Shown here one piece after another: positions 20,911 through 31,499 of a DNA stretch of 64,000 nucleotides. The translations under genes and the position numbers were made by a program. The first letter of the stretch is position 1. Each line of letters begins with the position of its first letter. The notes beneath the pieces were generated by a model, which was not told the origin of the DNA, ran no database searches, and saw only the letters and a program-made list of their open reading frames with translations. Source of the DNA: Chlorobiota bacterium (lineage in GTDB: Bacteria > Bacteroidota > Ignavibacteria > OLB7); contig JAQBOZ010000017.1 in assembly GCA_028287785.1 (NCBI GenBank), positions 1,901 to 65,900 on the forward strand. Reading direction: 5' to 3'.

Positions 20911-21824
20911 AGATCTACCAATCGCTTCGGGATGTGCCGCGCCGGGAGAGAACTGTTGCCACCATCGGCACGTTCGACGGGATTCATCGCGGCCACCATC
21001 TGATTATCGACGCGCTTACAGCGCAGGCCGGGAAAACGGACGGTCGCGCCCTGGTGATTACCTTTCATCCGCATCCGCAGGAAGTGCTCCGCCGCACCGG
21101 CGATTCCGTCCCGATCCTCACGACGATCGAGGAGCGGATCGCGGAGCTGGAGAAGCTGGACGTCGATGCGCTGGCAATCGTCAGGTTTACGCCGGAATTC
21201 GCCGCCATTCCGTGGCGAGATTTCTGCGATATGCTGATCCGGGAGATCGGCGTTGGGCATATCGTGATGGGGCACGATCACGCGTTTGGAAAGAACCGTG
21301 AGGGAAATGCCGCATCGCTCAGAAAGTACGGGGAGGATGGGGAGATGGAGATCACCGAGATCGGCCCGCTGATCGTTCGCGACGAGGCCGTCAGCTCCAC
21401 CAAGATCCGGCGCGCGCTGCTTGGCGGCGATATCGTCAGGGCAACCGAATTTCTGGGAAGAAACTACGCGTTCACCGGCACGGTGATCCGCGGAGATGGC
21501 CGCGGCAGATCGCTCGGCATCCCGACCGCGAACATCCGGCCGTTGGATGAAACCAAGCTGATTCCAGCCAACGGAGTCTACTGCGTCCGGCTTATCATCG
21601 GCGACCGACGTTGTTCCGGGATGGCGAATATCGGCGTCAGGCCGACCTTTACCGATGGAACCGAGCGGACAATCGAGGTCAATATCTTCGATTTCGACCA
21701 GGATATTTATGACGCAACGGTGACGGTCGAATTCCTTAAGTTTGTACGTTCCGAACGAAAGTTCGGCTCGGGCGCGGAGTTCATGCAGCAGCTTGAGCTG
21801 GATCACGCGACATGCAGGGAATAA
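20907..21824 (+). CDS. ribF: Bifunctional riboflavin kinase/FAD synthetase
   Basis: [34 protein letters not shown]. Confidence 0.97.
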   Translation: MKIYQSLRDVPRRERTVATIGTFDGIHRGHHLIIDALTAQAGKTDGRALVITFHPHPQEVLRRTGDSVPILTTIEERIAELEKLDVDALAIVRFTPEFAAIPWRDFCDMLIREIGVGHIVMGHDHAFGKNREGNAASLRKYGEDGEMEITEIGPLIVRDEAVSSTKIRRALLGGDIVRATEFLGRNYAFTGTVIRGDGRGRSLGIPTANIRPLDETKLIPANGVYCVRLIIGDRRCSGMANIGVRPTFTDGTERTIEVNIFDFDQDIYDATVTVEFLKFVRSERKFGSGAEFMQQLELDHATCRE

Positions 21825-21981
21825 TGATTGCGTGGGGCGATGCCTCGCACAGTAGAAATTACGCCCCGTTGGGGCTTGAGAAAATGTTTTCCGCTTATTC
21901 AGACGAGCGGGAAAGGGGCAGGGAGAGGGAGTATCCTTTCTTCCGTCCTTCGGCCGCGGAGGTATCGGCCATTGCCGCAGC

Positions 21982-22014
21982 TCGTGACCTGTGGCGGATA
22001 ATCAGGCGTCACGA
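21982..22014 (+). promoter_or_regulatory. Candidate S15 autoregulatory leader hairpin
   Basis: TCGTGAC-CTG...CAG-GC-GTCACGA bulged stem just upstream of the rpsO RBS (GGAG). Confidence 0.4.
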
Positions 22015-22039
22015 ATTCACATTCAAACATGGAGCAACC

Positions 22040-22309
22040 ATGGCATTGAGCAAAGAGCGCAAGGCTGAACTTGTGCAGAAGTATGGTGATCACGCAAATG
22101 ATACCGGCAAGCCGGAAGTTCAGATTGCGATTCTCACCGAGCATATCACGACGCTCACCCCGCATCTCGAAGTCAACAAGAAGGACAAGCACTCCCTTCG
22201 CGGTCTTCTGCAGATGGTCGGTAAGAGGCGGTCGTTGCTTGACTACCTGATGAAAAAGGATATCAGCCGTTACCGCGCCGTCATAGCGCAGCTCGGTATC
22301 CGCAGGTAA
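22040..22309 (+). CDS. rpsO: 30S ribosomal protein S15
   Basis: 89 aa; [36 protein letters not shown]. Confidence 0.99.
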   Translation: MALSKERKAELVQKYGDHANDTGKPEVQIAILTEHITTLTPHLEVNKKDKHSLRGLLQMVGKRRSLLDYLMKKDISRYRAVIAQLGIRR

Positions 22310-22317
22310 ATTCGATG

Positions 22318-22359
22318 AAGCGCCGTGATTGCTTCCAGTGATCACGGCGCTTTCGCTTT
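22318..22359 (+). terminator. Terminator after rpsO
   Basis: AAGCGCCGTGAT/ATCACGGCGCTT stem with a T-rich tail. Confidence 0.65.
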
Positions 22360-22477
22360 GTAGCCCGCCGGGAACCATTGTCCCGGATGCACGGGAAGTG
22401 CGGCCAGCGAGTCCGCACCGATAACAATAGTTCCGCTCCGGGGAGTTGGCCCCGCGAGCCCGTAATGAAAAGGAAAA

Positions 22478-24739
22478 ATGAAAACAGTTCAGATGGAATT
22501 TGGCGGCAGAACGATCTCGCTCGAGACCGGTCGCCTCGCCAAACTAGCGAATGGATCAGTGATGGTCCGTTACGGCGATACCATGGTGCTTGCAGTTGCA
22601 GTGGCGTCCACCGCCCCGCGTGAAGGGATCGATTTTCTCCCTCTGCAGGTTGAGTATCGCGAGAAATATGCCGCTGTCGGAAAAGTCCCCGGTGGCTTTT
22701 TCAAGCGCGAAGCCCGGCCGTCGGAGAAGGAAATCCTCTCGGCGCGTCTGATCGATCGACCGATCCGCCCGATGTTCACGAAAGGATGGACCTACGAAAC
22801 GCAGCTTATCTGCACCACCTACTCCTTCGATCAGGCAAACGATCCCGATGTGCTGGCGGCCGTCGGCGCTTCCTGCGCCCTCCTCCTCTCCGGCATGCCC
22901 TTCGCCGGGCCGATCTCCAATGTTCGCGTCGGCTATGTCGATAATGAGTTCATTATCAACCCGACGCTCGAGCAGTTGAAGGATTCCGCGCTGGAAATCA
23001 TTGTTTCCGGCACCGATTCCTCGATCGTGATGGTCGAGGGTGAGTCCAAGGAGATCAGCGAGGATCTCTTCGTGCAGGCTCTGGAGTTTGGTCATAAGCA
23101 CGTCAAGATGCTGAACGACCTTCAGCGTCAGCTTATCGCCCAGTGCCAGGTGACCGAGATGGCGATGCCCGAGAAGAAGCAGTTCACCGATGTGAACGAT
23201 TTCATCAGGGAGCATTCGTCGGAGCGCCTTGCCACGCACGCCCGCGAGGCCACCTCGAAAGAGGGACGGAAAGAGCGGTACAAGATCCTTCGCGATGAGA
23301 TCGCGGGTCTGGTTGCCGAGAAATTCCCGGCCGGCGAGCATCCGACGCTCGAAATCGACAAGATCGTCGGCTCGGTGCTCCACGATCTGGAATCCGACGC
23401 GATGCGCGAGATGGTGCTGAGCGAGGGAAAGCGTCTCGACGGACGCTCCACCACGGAAATCCGCCCGATCACCTGCGAGATCGGCGTTCTCCCGCGGCCG
23501 CACGGCTCGGCCCTCTTCACCCGTGGCGAAACTCAGTCGCTTACGTCGGTGACGCTCGGCACGAAGCTCGACCGTCAGCTTATCGACAGCCTGCTGCCGA
23601 AGTACGAAAAGCGTTTTATGCTCCACTACAACTTCCCGAGCTTCTCCACCGGTGAAACCGGCCGTTTCGGTGCGACCTCGCGTCGCGAGATCGGCCACGG
23701 CAACCTGGCGGAGCGCGGCCTGAAGGAAGTGCTGCCGAACGAAGCCGAGTTCCCGTATACGGTGCGCGTTGTCTCCGATATCCTCGAATCCAACGGCTCC
23801 TCCTCGATGGCTACCGTCTGCGCCGGCACGCTGGCGATGATGCAGGCCGGCATCCCGATCCGCAAGCCGGTCGCCGGCATCGCGATGGGATTGATCAAGG
23901 GTGATGATGATCGCGTCGCGGTCCTCTCCGATATCCTTGGCGATGAGGATCATCTCGGCGATATGGACTTCAAGGTGGTCGGCACGCGCGACGGCATCAC
24001 CGCCTGCCAGATGGACATCAAGATCCAGGGGATCTCGATGGAGATCATGAGCAAGGCGCTGAACCAGGCACGCGACGGACGCCTCCATATCCTTGATATC
24101 ATGGAGCAGACGATCTCCACGCCGGCCGGCGATCTTTCGCCGTACGCGCCGCGCCTCACCACGATTCAGATCCCCGTCGAGATGATCGGCGCGGTGATCG
24201 GAAGCGGTGGCGAGACGATCCGGAGCATTGTCGCGGAGTCGGGAGCCGAGATCAACATCGAGGAGGATGGTACGATTATCATCGCCGCGGTATCGGGCGA
24301 GTCCGCACAGAAGGCGGTGGCGCTGATCGGCCGGATCACCGAGCAGCCGGAGGTGGGGAAGACCTACTCCGGTCGCGTGGTGCAGATCCGCGAGGGACTT
24401 GGCGCCATCGTCGAGTTCCTTCCGAAGAAGAGCGGGCTTCTCCATATCTCGCAGCTCGAGCATCACCGCGTGGAAAACGTGGATGATGTCCTCTCGGTTG
24501 GCGAGCGCGTTGAAGTAAAGCTCCTGGAAGTGCAGGACGACGGCAAGTTCCGTCTGAGCCGCAAGGCGCTCCTGCCGCTTCCCGAGGGAATGGTGGCAAG
24601 CGATGACAGCGCTCCGCGTCGCAGCAGCGGCGGTGGCGGTCGTGGTTACGGCGACCGTGGCGGTGATCGCGGTGGCGATCGTGGACGCGGCGGCTACGGC
24701 GACCGTGGCGGTGATCGTGGACGCGGCGGAAATCGCTGA
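22478..24739 (+). CDS. pnp: Polyribonucleotide nucleotidyltransferase
   Basis: [44 protein letters not shown]; KH and S1 domains; RGG-rich tail. Confidence 0.99.
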   Translation: MKTVQMEFGGRTISLETGRLAKLANGSVMVRYGDTMVLAVAVASTAPREGIDFLPLQVEYREKYAAVGKVPGGFFKREARPSEKEILSARLIDRPIRPMFTKGWTYETQLICTTYSFDQANDPDVLAAVGASCALLLSGMPFAGPISNVRVGYVDNEFIINPTLEQLKDSALEIIVSGTDSSIVMVEGESKEISEDLFVQALEFGHKHVKMLNDLQRQLIAQCQVTEMAMPEKKQFTDVNDFIREHSSERLATHAREATSKEGRKERYKILRDEIAGLVAEKFPAGEHPTLEIDKIVGSVLHDLESDAMREMVLSEGKRLDGRSTTEIRPITCEIGVLPRPHGSALFTRGETQSLTSVTLGTKLDRQLIDSLLPKYEKRFMLHYNFPSFSTGETGRFGATSRREIGHGNLAERGLKEVLPNEAEFPYTVRVVSDILESNGSSSMATVCAGTLAMMQAGIPIRKPVAGIAMGLIKGDDDRVAVLSDILGDEDHLGDMDFKVVGTRDGITACQMDIKIQGISMEIMSKALNQARDGRLHILDIMEQTISTPAGDLSPYAPRLTTIQIPVEMIGAVIGSGGETIRSIVAESGAEINIEEDGTIIIAAVSGESAQKAVALIGRITEQPEVGKTYSGRVVQIREGLGAIVEFLPKKSGLLHISQLEHHRVENVDDVLSVGERVEVKLLEVQDDGKFRLSRKALLPLPEGMVASDDSAPRRSSGGGGRGYGDRGGDRGGDRGRGGYGDRGGDRGRGGNR

Positions 24740-24768
24740 TCGTGATTCGCGGAAGCGATTCAAAACAG

Positions 24769-24804
24769 AGCCCGACGGTTCTCACAAACCGCCGGGCTTT
24801 TTTT
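24769..24804 (+). terminator. Rho-independent terminator after pnp
   Basis: AGCCCGACGGTT/AACCGCCGGGCT followed by a T run. Confidence 0.8.
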
Positions 24805-25026
24805 ATGGCACCGATACTTGATGAAATGTGGTATGTGCCAAGATTGCGTCAGAGGTGTAATCCGCCATTTCTCCGCCATGTGACGTCGTAGAGTACAACC
24901 CTGCGACAAACAGTACTATTTCGGTACAACTCCAGTTCTTATAGCTGATAACAGAAGGGGCCTTTGAACGGAAGCCTATAAAGGGCTTTTTGATAGGCTC
25001 ATTTAGTATAAACGGCTGAACACTTA

Positions 25027-25511
25027 TTACCCTGTTTGACACAGCCCCCCCTGACTATAGGTTAGTGATACCCCCGTTTTAAGACAGGTTCCGGTTACCA
25101 CAGTGCCCTCTGCCATACTTAAACGTATTTTATACTTGCATTGGCAGGAATAGCGACAACAGTCTTCCCCTCGCCGAACATCAGGTGTTTTAAAAACACA
25201 ATCACCATTTGGACATCCGCAAGCATTTGGTCCGGTCTCAGAAGTTTCTCCACTACCGCCACTGTAGCCCGATTCCCCCCCCCAGTATAGCTCCCACCTC
25301 CGAGACCTCCATGCCCACCAAAAAAACCTGCAAAGTCTGATCCCCACATTCCATCGCCAAAACCAAAAATTGGGCCGTCGGCTGTCCAGTCCCCTATGTT
25401 CCCACCAACAAAAGGGGGTGGAGGTGGCACCTCATTACGCGCTAACATTAATCGAGGGGTGGCTAGCAAGAGAAAAATAGCAGCCGAAATTATTACAGTC
25501 AGATATTTCAT
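25027..25511 (-). pseudogene. Secreted Gly-rich/Cys-rich small protein, frameshifted at a G9 tract (25275..25283)
   Basis: Signal peptide and Gly-rich segment lie in one frame. The Gly/Ser-rich continuation and 9-Cys domain (ACGCPNGDC..EDCCRYSCQC..GTC..LC) lie in another. G10 or G7 would join them. Confidence 0.6.
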
Positions 25512-25520
25512 TATTGTTCT

Positions 25521-26621
25521 CTACTTGTTAATAATGATTTTTTTTACCCCGACAATACGATTTCCACTGAGGAGAGCCACGAAATACATTCCGTTGCCCG
25601 GAAATGTGTACTGTGCCTCCCCTATCCCCTGAGGGCTGGGGCTAACGTATGGCTCAAAAATGAGCGCGCCAGACGCATCATATATGGCAACCGCGACAGG
25701 TGCGTCACCCGCTGGAGAGAAATTTATGATGACCGTTCGTTGAGATTGATCAAGGAATTTCACCGACAGAGCTCCGGTCATCGTTTCATGATTGCGGTCA
25801 GTAAGGTCTTGAACTGCCACCTTTGGGTATCCACCAGAGAACAGTTCCTTCCACGGATAGAAGAGGCTGTCACTATCCTCAACCCGGTGGGACAGACCAA
25901 TCGTAACCTCATCCTTCCGAACGAACCAATACCCGCCACTGCCATTAGAGTATAACAAGCTTCTCATATATACTTGAACCCCATTCAGCGAAGAGGGAAC
26001 GATATACTTCACGATTGCCATCAGCGGCCGATCTCCATAGAGAACCGGAACGCCCGGCGTTGTTCGCGGTAACGCACCGAGGCTATCAAGGCGTGCCGCG
26101 CGCTGATGATTGGATGTGCGAACGAGTTCCACCGTATAGTTCAATGTGTCCAGAGCGCGGTAGTTGTTTGTGTCCCGTCCACCACCCGTCGTGGGATCAA
26201 GCCAGCCTAATTCCCGGTAAAATCGGACTGTGTCACCTGTATGAACAGTGAACGTATCCGTTGCGCTCTGGAATGAAAGAACGGCATTGTGCGCATTTAC
26301 AGCGCGTCCATCTTCCCAAGTTTTCAGTCTGAGTTTCGTGCTATTTTTGCGGCATTCTGTAATTGTGTAATCGATGCGGGCGGTAGAATCATACATCATA
26401 GTATATGTATATGCCTGAGAAATTTCCATTGGATCGGTGGTGTCACCTGAAGCCTCAATGCGATATACCGCTGTACTATCATCCAGTAGTACCCATAAAT
26501 CAGGATGACTCTAATACGACCAGATGGAATCCTGTGCAACCGCCTGCAAAGCAACAATACACAACAGAATACCCGCCATTCCAATACATGTCGATATCCT
26601 GATAATCTTCGATCGTTCCAT
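25521..26621 (-). pseudogene. T9SS-CTD secreted protein interrupted by an in-frame TAG at codon 37 (26511..26513)
   Basis: GGAGG RBS and ATG at 26621: MERSKIIRISTCIGMAGILLCIVALQAVA|QDSIWSY*SHPDL.., same frame as ORF 25521..26429. C-terminal IYDASGALI..GMYFVAL..KKIIINK. Confidence 0.8.
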
Positions 26622-27682
26622 CACAACCTCCGGATACAAGGTTTAATTATATGTGCATACTCCCACTGAATAGTATATGATTGCCGGTGCTGATGTTATA
26701 CTACAGGCAGTCAGCAACTCCCATAACTGAACTGCAGCCTCGCCAGAGATGCCTCACCGAGAATAAAGTAATGACCGAATGGCATGGTGCGGTACCCGTA
26801 TAGCTACTAAGAATCCCGATGCAACCCGGACATTTAGCAAACACAACAGACCGATGAACAGCAGTAGGGCTCTCGAGCGAGAGCATCACAGGAGTGATAT
26901 CGATAGGTGTCCTGTGACGGGCATGAACATAAATAACAGAACAATTTGAAACAAGGGCGCTCCCGTTGCATCCATTGGATCATTGTCAGCTCCTGATCAG
27001 AATAGAGTTGCGCGCTAACGTGCCCCTTCGATCAACCTGCACGTAACCGGACGGATGCCACCGGTAGTCCCCGAGCTTATAAACACACTGATCTCCTTTC
27101 CACCGGCCTTCAAACTCTGGTTCGGCACCATTGGCTTGCGTTGTTCCCCGGACAGAAATGTTCCATGTGAACGTGATTGCCGAGCCTCGGGTTGAAGGCT
27201 CGCTCCGGGCGTCTCCTCCACAGAAATCCATCAAAAACAAAAAAAAGGAATAAATCCCAGGAAATTCCAAATTAATTCCCCGAAAAATCAAGAGAAAATT
27301 ATTTCCCACCCATGTCTACATATGGACCTGCCCTCCAGAAAGCGATGGAGGGCCCTTTACGGAGGAAATTTTTTGAGGCCTCAAGAACCCTTGAAACTGA
27401 GCAAATTTCAAGGGTTCTGTTTTACCGAAAACTCTGTTTGGCAATTGGCTGCGTCGATCGGGGAGAGATGGGCTGAAATGCCGGGCGATCAGGGGGACCG
27501 CGGGCGTCGGGTATTCATCCGATGCACCTTCCGGCTGGTGCAGGTGGTTTCACTGCTTCAACAGACGAGACGTGGTGAATAACGGCCCGCCGCATCGAAG
27601 ATGCTCGGCACCTATGCACCGCACGGTACACCGCCGCAGCTCCGGTAGTGACCCAGGTTGAGATGTTGTAGAGGATTCCCCG

Positions 27683-28250
27683 AGTCATATCCGGCATCAG
27701 TCTTCCCAGCCCCATGGGGGCGTACCGGTTGCAGCAGCATCACACCTTCCGTAATTCCAAGCTCCAGAGGAGCGTACAATCCTCGCATGCCGATAGGATC
27801 GTACGTTCCTCTGGAGCTTGAGTGGGAAAGGAGATATCGATCCTACAACCGGCACGCTCCCGACGGAGCTTGAAGAATGAAGAGAGGATCATCGATGGAT
27901 CATTGCGCTGTCAACCGGAGAGCTGGATTCAACGTGAGTCACTACCGTCGGCGCGGTAGTGACTCACGTTGGGAAGAAGTTCATGATGGCTGGAATTCCG
28001 GTCAGCATCCGGCATCCGTCTTGACAGCCCCATCGGGGCGAATCGGTTGCAGCAATGCCACGGCTTCGATGATCCAGCGAACCATTCCCATATTCATGAA
28101 GAACGGTAAGGTTCAGATGGAGCTGGCGCGGGACATGGGAGGATTGTTTCTACAACCGGCGCGCTCCCATGGAGCTTGAAGAGTGAAGAACAAATCGATC
28201 ATCGTCCAGCAGAGCGGGGGATGGACTCAGCATGAGTCACCACGGCGCCG
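27683..28250. repeat. Two diverged tandem units (~318-bp period) of REP-like inverted repeats, family B
   Basis: AGCCCCATGGGGGCGTACCGGTTGCAG (27708) pairs with CTACAACCGGCACGCTCCCGACGGAGCT (to 27870). A second pair spans 28026..28176. Flanks ATCCGGCATC.GTCTT and TTGAAGA.TGAAGA are also duplicated. Confidence 0.75.
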
Positions 28251-28283
28251 ACGTTTAGGTTCTTCGGCAATCGCACGATTCCT

Positions 28284-28291
28284 TATCTTTG
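28284..28291 (+). promoter_or_regulatory. Bacteroidota-type -7 element TATCTTTG for guaA
   Basis: Exact canonical TATCTTTG about 70 nt upstream of the ATG. Confidence 0.6.
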
Positions 28292-28361
28292 CCGTTTCCA
28301 TTCATTGTAACCTCCGCCGGTATGCTCCGTAGCTGCCGGCTTAACTCCAGTAGATCTACCC

Positions 28362-29906
28362 ATGACTCATTCGGAGCGTATTCTTATTCTCGATTTCGGC
28401 GCGCAATACACCCAGCTCATTGCGCGCAGAGTACGGGAGGGGGGTGTCTATGCCGAGATCCATCCCTTCAACTTCCCGATCGAATCGATCCGCGAGCTCA
28501 ACCCGATCGGCATCATTCTCTCCGGCGGCCCATCGTCGGTGTATGCCGATGGAGCCCCCCACTCCGATCCGGCGATTTTCGATCTGGGGGTGCCGGTTCT
28601 CGGAATCTGCTACGGTCTTCAGTTGCTGGCCTATCAGCTCGGCGGCTCGGTGAACAGCTCGGCAAAGAAGGAATTCGGCCCGGCGCAATTGATCATCGAC
28701 TCCAACAGCGATGGAATTTTCCGCGGAATCCCCGAGGAATCGCGCGTCTGGATGAGCCACGGCGATTCGCTGACGCGGCCACCGGAGGGCTTCGAGGTGA
28801 TCGCCCACACGACCAACGCGCCGATCTGCGCCGTCGCGGATCTGAAACGGAATATCTACGGCGTGCAGTTCCACCCCGAAGTCCATCACACGACACACGG
28901 TGGTGAGATTCTGAAGAACTTCGTCTTCAACATCTGTCACGCGCATGGTGGCTGGAACGCGCAGGCGTTTATCGAGTCGGCAAAGAAGGATATCCGCGAA
29001 AAAGTCGGCGACGGGAAAGTGATCTGCGGGCTTTCCGGCGGCGTTGATTCAAGCGTGCTGGCGGTGCTGCTTCATGAGGCAATCGGCGATCAGGCGCTCT
29101 GCATTCATATCGATAACGGTCTGATGCGGAAGGATGAGTCCAGCCAGGTGGTGAAGATGTTCCGGGATACCTACAAGATCCCGCTGGATTTCGTGGACGC
29201 CAGCCCGATGTTCCTGTCGCGGCTTGCCGGCGTGACCGATCCGGAGAAGAAGCGGAAGATCATCGGAACCACATTCATTGAGGTGTTCGAGCCGGAGGCA
29301 AAGCGCTTTTCCGATGCGAAATGGCTGGCGCAGGGAACGCTCTACCCGGATGTCATCGAATCCGTTTCCTTCAAGGGCCCGTCGGTGACGATCAAATCGC
29401 ATCATAACGTTGGCGGGCTTCCGGAGCGGATGAACATGAAACTGATCGAGCCGTTCCGCGAGCTGTTCAAGGACGAGGTTCGCGCGGTGGGACGTGAGCT
29501 GGGGCTTCCGAAGGAATTTATCGACCGTCATCCGTTCCCCGGACCCGGACTTGCCGTCCGCGTGCTGGGGGAAGTGACCGAAGAGCGCTGCAATATTCTC
29601 CGCGAGGCCGATGAGATCTTCATCGAGGAACTGCACAACGCCGCGCAGTACGATCAGATCTGGCAGGCCTTCACGGTCCTTCTTCCAATCTCCTCGGTCG
29701 GGGTGATGGGGGATGAGCGCACATATGAGAATGTCTGCGCCGTTCGCGCGGTCACCAGCACCGACGGGATGACGGCGGACTGGTCGCGGGTTCCGTACGA
29801 AGTGCTTGCAAAGGTTTCCAACCGGATCATCAACGAAGTTCGCGGCATCAACCGGGTGGTCTACGACATCAGCTCCAAGCCGCCGGCGACAATCGAGTGG
29901 GAATAA
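28362..29906 (+). CDS. guaA: GMP synthase (glutamine-hydrolyzing)
   Basis: [38 protein letters not shown]. Confidence 0.99.
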   Translation: MTHSERILILDFGAQYTQLIARRVREGGVYAEIHPFNFPIESIRELNPIGIILSGGPSSVYADGAPHSDPAIFDLGVPVLGICYGLQLLAYQLGGSVNSSAKKEFGPAQLIIDSNSDGIFRGIPEESRVWMSHGDSLTRPPEGFEVIAHTTNAPICAVADLKRNIYGVQFHPEVHHTTHGGEILKNFVFNICHAHGGWNAQAFIESAKKDIREKVGDGKVICGLSGGVDSSVLAVLLHEAIGDQALCIHIDNGLMRKDESSQVVKMFRDTYKIPLDFVDASPMFLSRLAGVTDPEKKRKIIGTTFIEVFEPEAKRFSDAKWLAQGTLYPDVIESVSFKGPSVTIKSHHNVGGLPERMNMKLIEPFRELFKDEVRAVGRELGLPKEFIDRHPFPGPGLAVRVLGEVTEERCNILREADEIFIEELHNAAQYDQIWQAFTVLLPISSVGVMGDERTYENVCAVRAVTSTDGMTADWSRVPYEVLAKVSNRIINEVRGINRVVYDISSKPPATIEWE

Positions 29907-29968
29907 CAGCGAACCGGATCGTGCTTCCGATCGTGGCGTATTTCGAATTACATCAATAAAGGACGTTT

Positions 29969-31453
29969 ATGAAGTTATCAGTGCAGCGCTTCAAGCCGGA
30001 AGGATATTCGGCTGATGCGACGGTAGTGTTCATCTCGCAGGAGGATATCCGCGGAAAGGCGGAAAACGTACGCGCCCACTGGCCCGCCGCGAGCGGGATT
30101 CTGGACAGCAACGATTTCACCGGCGCGAAGGATTCCGTCACCGTTGTCTATACCGGCGCAAAAAAATCCTCCCGACTGATTCTGGTTGGCCTTGGCGAAA
30201 CCGCTTCGATCACGCTGGAGCGGGTTCGCCGCGCCGGCGCCACGGCGGCGCAGAAGGCAACCGCGCTGCAATGCGAAAGCATCGCCATCCTTCTTCCATC
30301 CCTTGCTCTCGACGCGGCCGAAGTCGCGCAGACGCTGGTGGAGGGGGGAATCCTTGGCGTGTACTCGTTCGATAAATACTTCACCGAGAAGAAAGAGAAG
30401 AAGAAACTGGCCCGGATCACCTTTCTTGTGGATGAGCAGGGGGATCTGAACGCGGCGAAGAAGGGAATGGCGATGGGGGAGGGGATTGCCAACGGCGTTA
30501 CGCTGGCGCGCGATCTTATGAACGCCCCATCGAACGAGCTGACCCCCGAGGCGCTCGCAAATCAGGCGAAGGGTCTCGACGCTGTCGGCGTAAAGGTGAC
30601 GGTGCTGAACAAGCCCCAGATCGAGAAATTGAAGATGGGCGGGCTTCTGGCGGTGAACCAGGGAAGCGTCCGTCCTCCGTTTTTTATCGTGATGGAGTGG
30701 AAGGGCGGAAAAGCCGGCGAGGCACCGATCGTGCTGGTTGGAAAGGGAATCACCTTCGATTCGGGGGGGATTTCGATCAAGCCGGCCGGAGGAATGGGGG
30801 AGATGAAGATGGATATGGGGGGCGCGGCCGCGGTGGTTGGCGCACTTCGCTCGATTGCCGAGCTGAAGATCGCCCGCAACGTAATCGGTCTGATTCCCAC
30901 CACTGAGAACATGCCATCGGGAAGCGCCTACAAGCCGGGCGATGTGGTCACGTTTATGAACGGAAAGACCGCGGAGATCGACAACACTGACGCCGAGGGT
31001 CGTCTGGTTCTGGCCGACGCGCTCACCTATGCCGATCGCTATAAGCCGCAGGCCGTGATCGACCTGGCGACGCTGACCGGCGCCTGCGTGGTTGCGCTCG
31101 GCAATGTGGCAACCGGCCTTATGGGGAACAACCCCGCGCTCAACGGACGTATCAGGGAAGCGGGGGAGAGGACCTACGATCGCGTTGTGGAGCTTCCGCT
31201 CTGGGAAGAGTACGAGGAGTTGATCAAGAGCGATATCGCCGACGTGAAGAACTCCGGTGGCCGCGGCGCCGGGACGATTACAGCCGGTCTGTTCCTGCAA
31301 CACTTCATCGGCAGCTATCCGTGGGCGCATCTCGACATCGCCGGCACCGCGATGCTTCCGAAGGGATCGGGATATCTCAACAAGGGAGGAACAGGGGCCG
31401 GCGTGCGGCTTCTGGTGGATCTTGTGCGTACATGGGGCGGCCCGGTGGCATAA
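29969..31453 (+). CDS. pepA: Leucyl aminopeptidase (M17)
   Basis: GKGITFDSGG, MKMDMGG, NTDAEGRL, DLATLTGA, HLDIAG. Confidence 0.97.
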   Translation: MKLSVQRFKPEGYSADATVVFISQEDIRGKAENVRAHWPAASGILDSNDFTGAKDSVTVVYTGAKKSSRLILVGLGETASITLERVRRAGATAAQKATALQCESIAILLPSLALDAAEVAQTLVEGGILGVYSFDKYFTEKKEKKKLARITFLVDEQGDLNAAKKGMAMGEGIANGVTLARDLMNAPSNELTPEALANQAKGLDAVGVKVTVLNKPQIEKLKMGGLLAVNQGSVRPPFFIVMEWKGGKAGEAPIVLVGKGITFDSGGISIKPAGGMGEMKMDMGGAAAVVGALRSIAELKIARNVIGLIPTTENMPSGSAYKPGDVVTFMNGKTAEIDNTDAEGRLVLADALTYADRYKPQAVIDLATLTGACVVALGNVATGLMGNNPALNGRIREAGERTYDRVVELPLWEEYEELIKSDIADVKNSGGRGAGTITAGLFLQHFIGSYPWAHLDIAGTAMLPKGSGYLNKGGTGAGVRLLVDLVRTWGGPVA

Positions 31454-31499
31454 ATATCCCGGATTTCCGGCTGATTCAGCGTTATTCGACGGCAGTGAT

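Noticed and set aside
16861-24763. Very long antisense ORFs opposite infB (950 aa) and pnp (735 aa), and similar ones opposite nusA, dnaK, pepA and sbcC
   Set aside because: Expected shadow frames of GC-rich codon usage. They mirror the sense genes and show no protein motifs.
26511-26513. Genome-wide TAG recoding or pyrrolysine
   Set aside because: TAG is the normal stop of infB, mnmE and other genes here, and there are no pyl genes in the window.
27159-27174. parS-like TGTTCCATGTGAACGT
   Set aside because: Four mismatches to the consensus and a broken palindrome.
26986-27309. Short minus-strand ORF or possible ncRNA in the islet
   Set aside because: No recognisable motif, RBS or RNA family features, so I cannot support a call.
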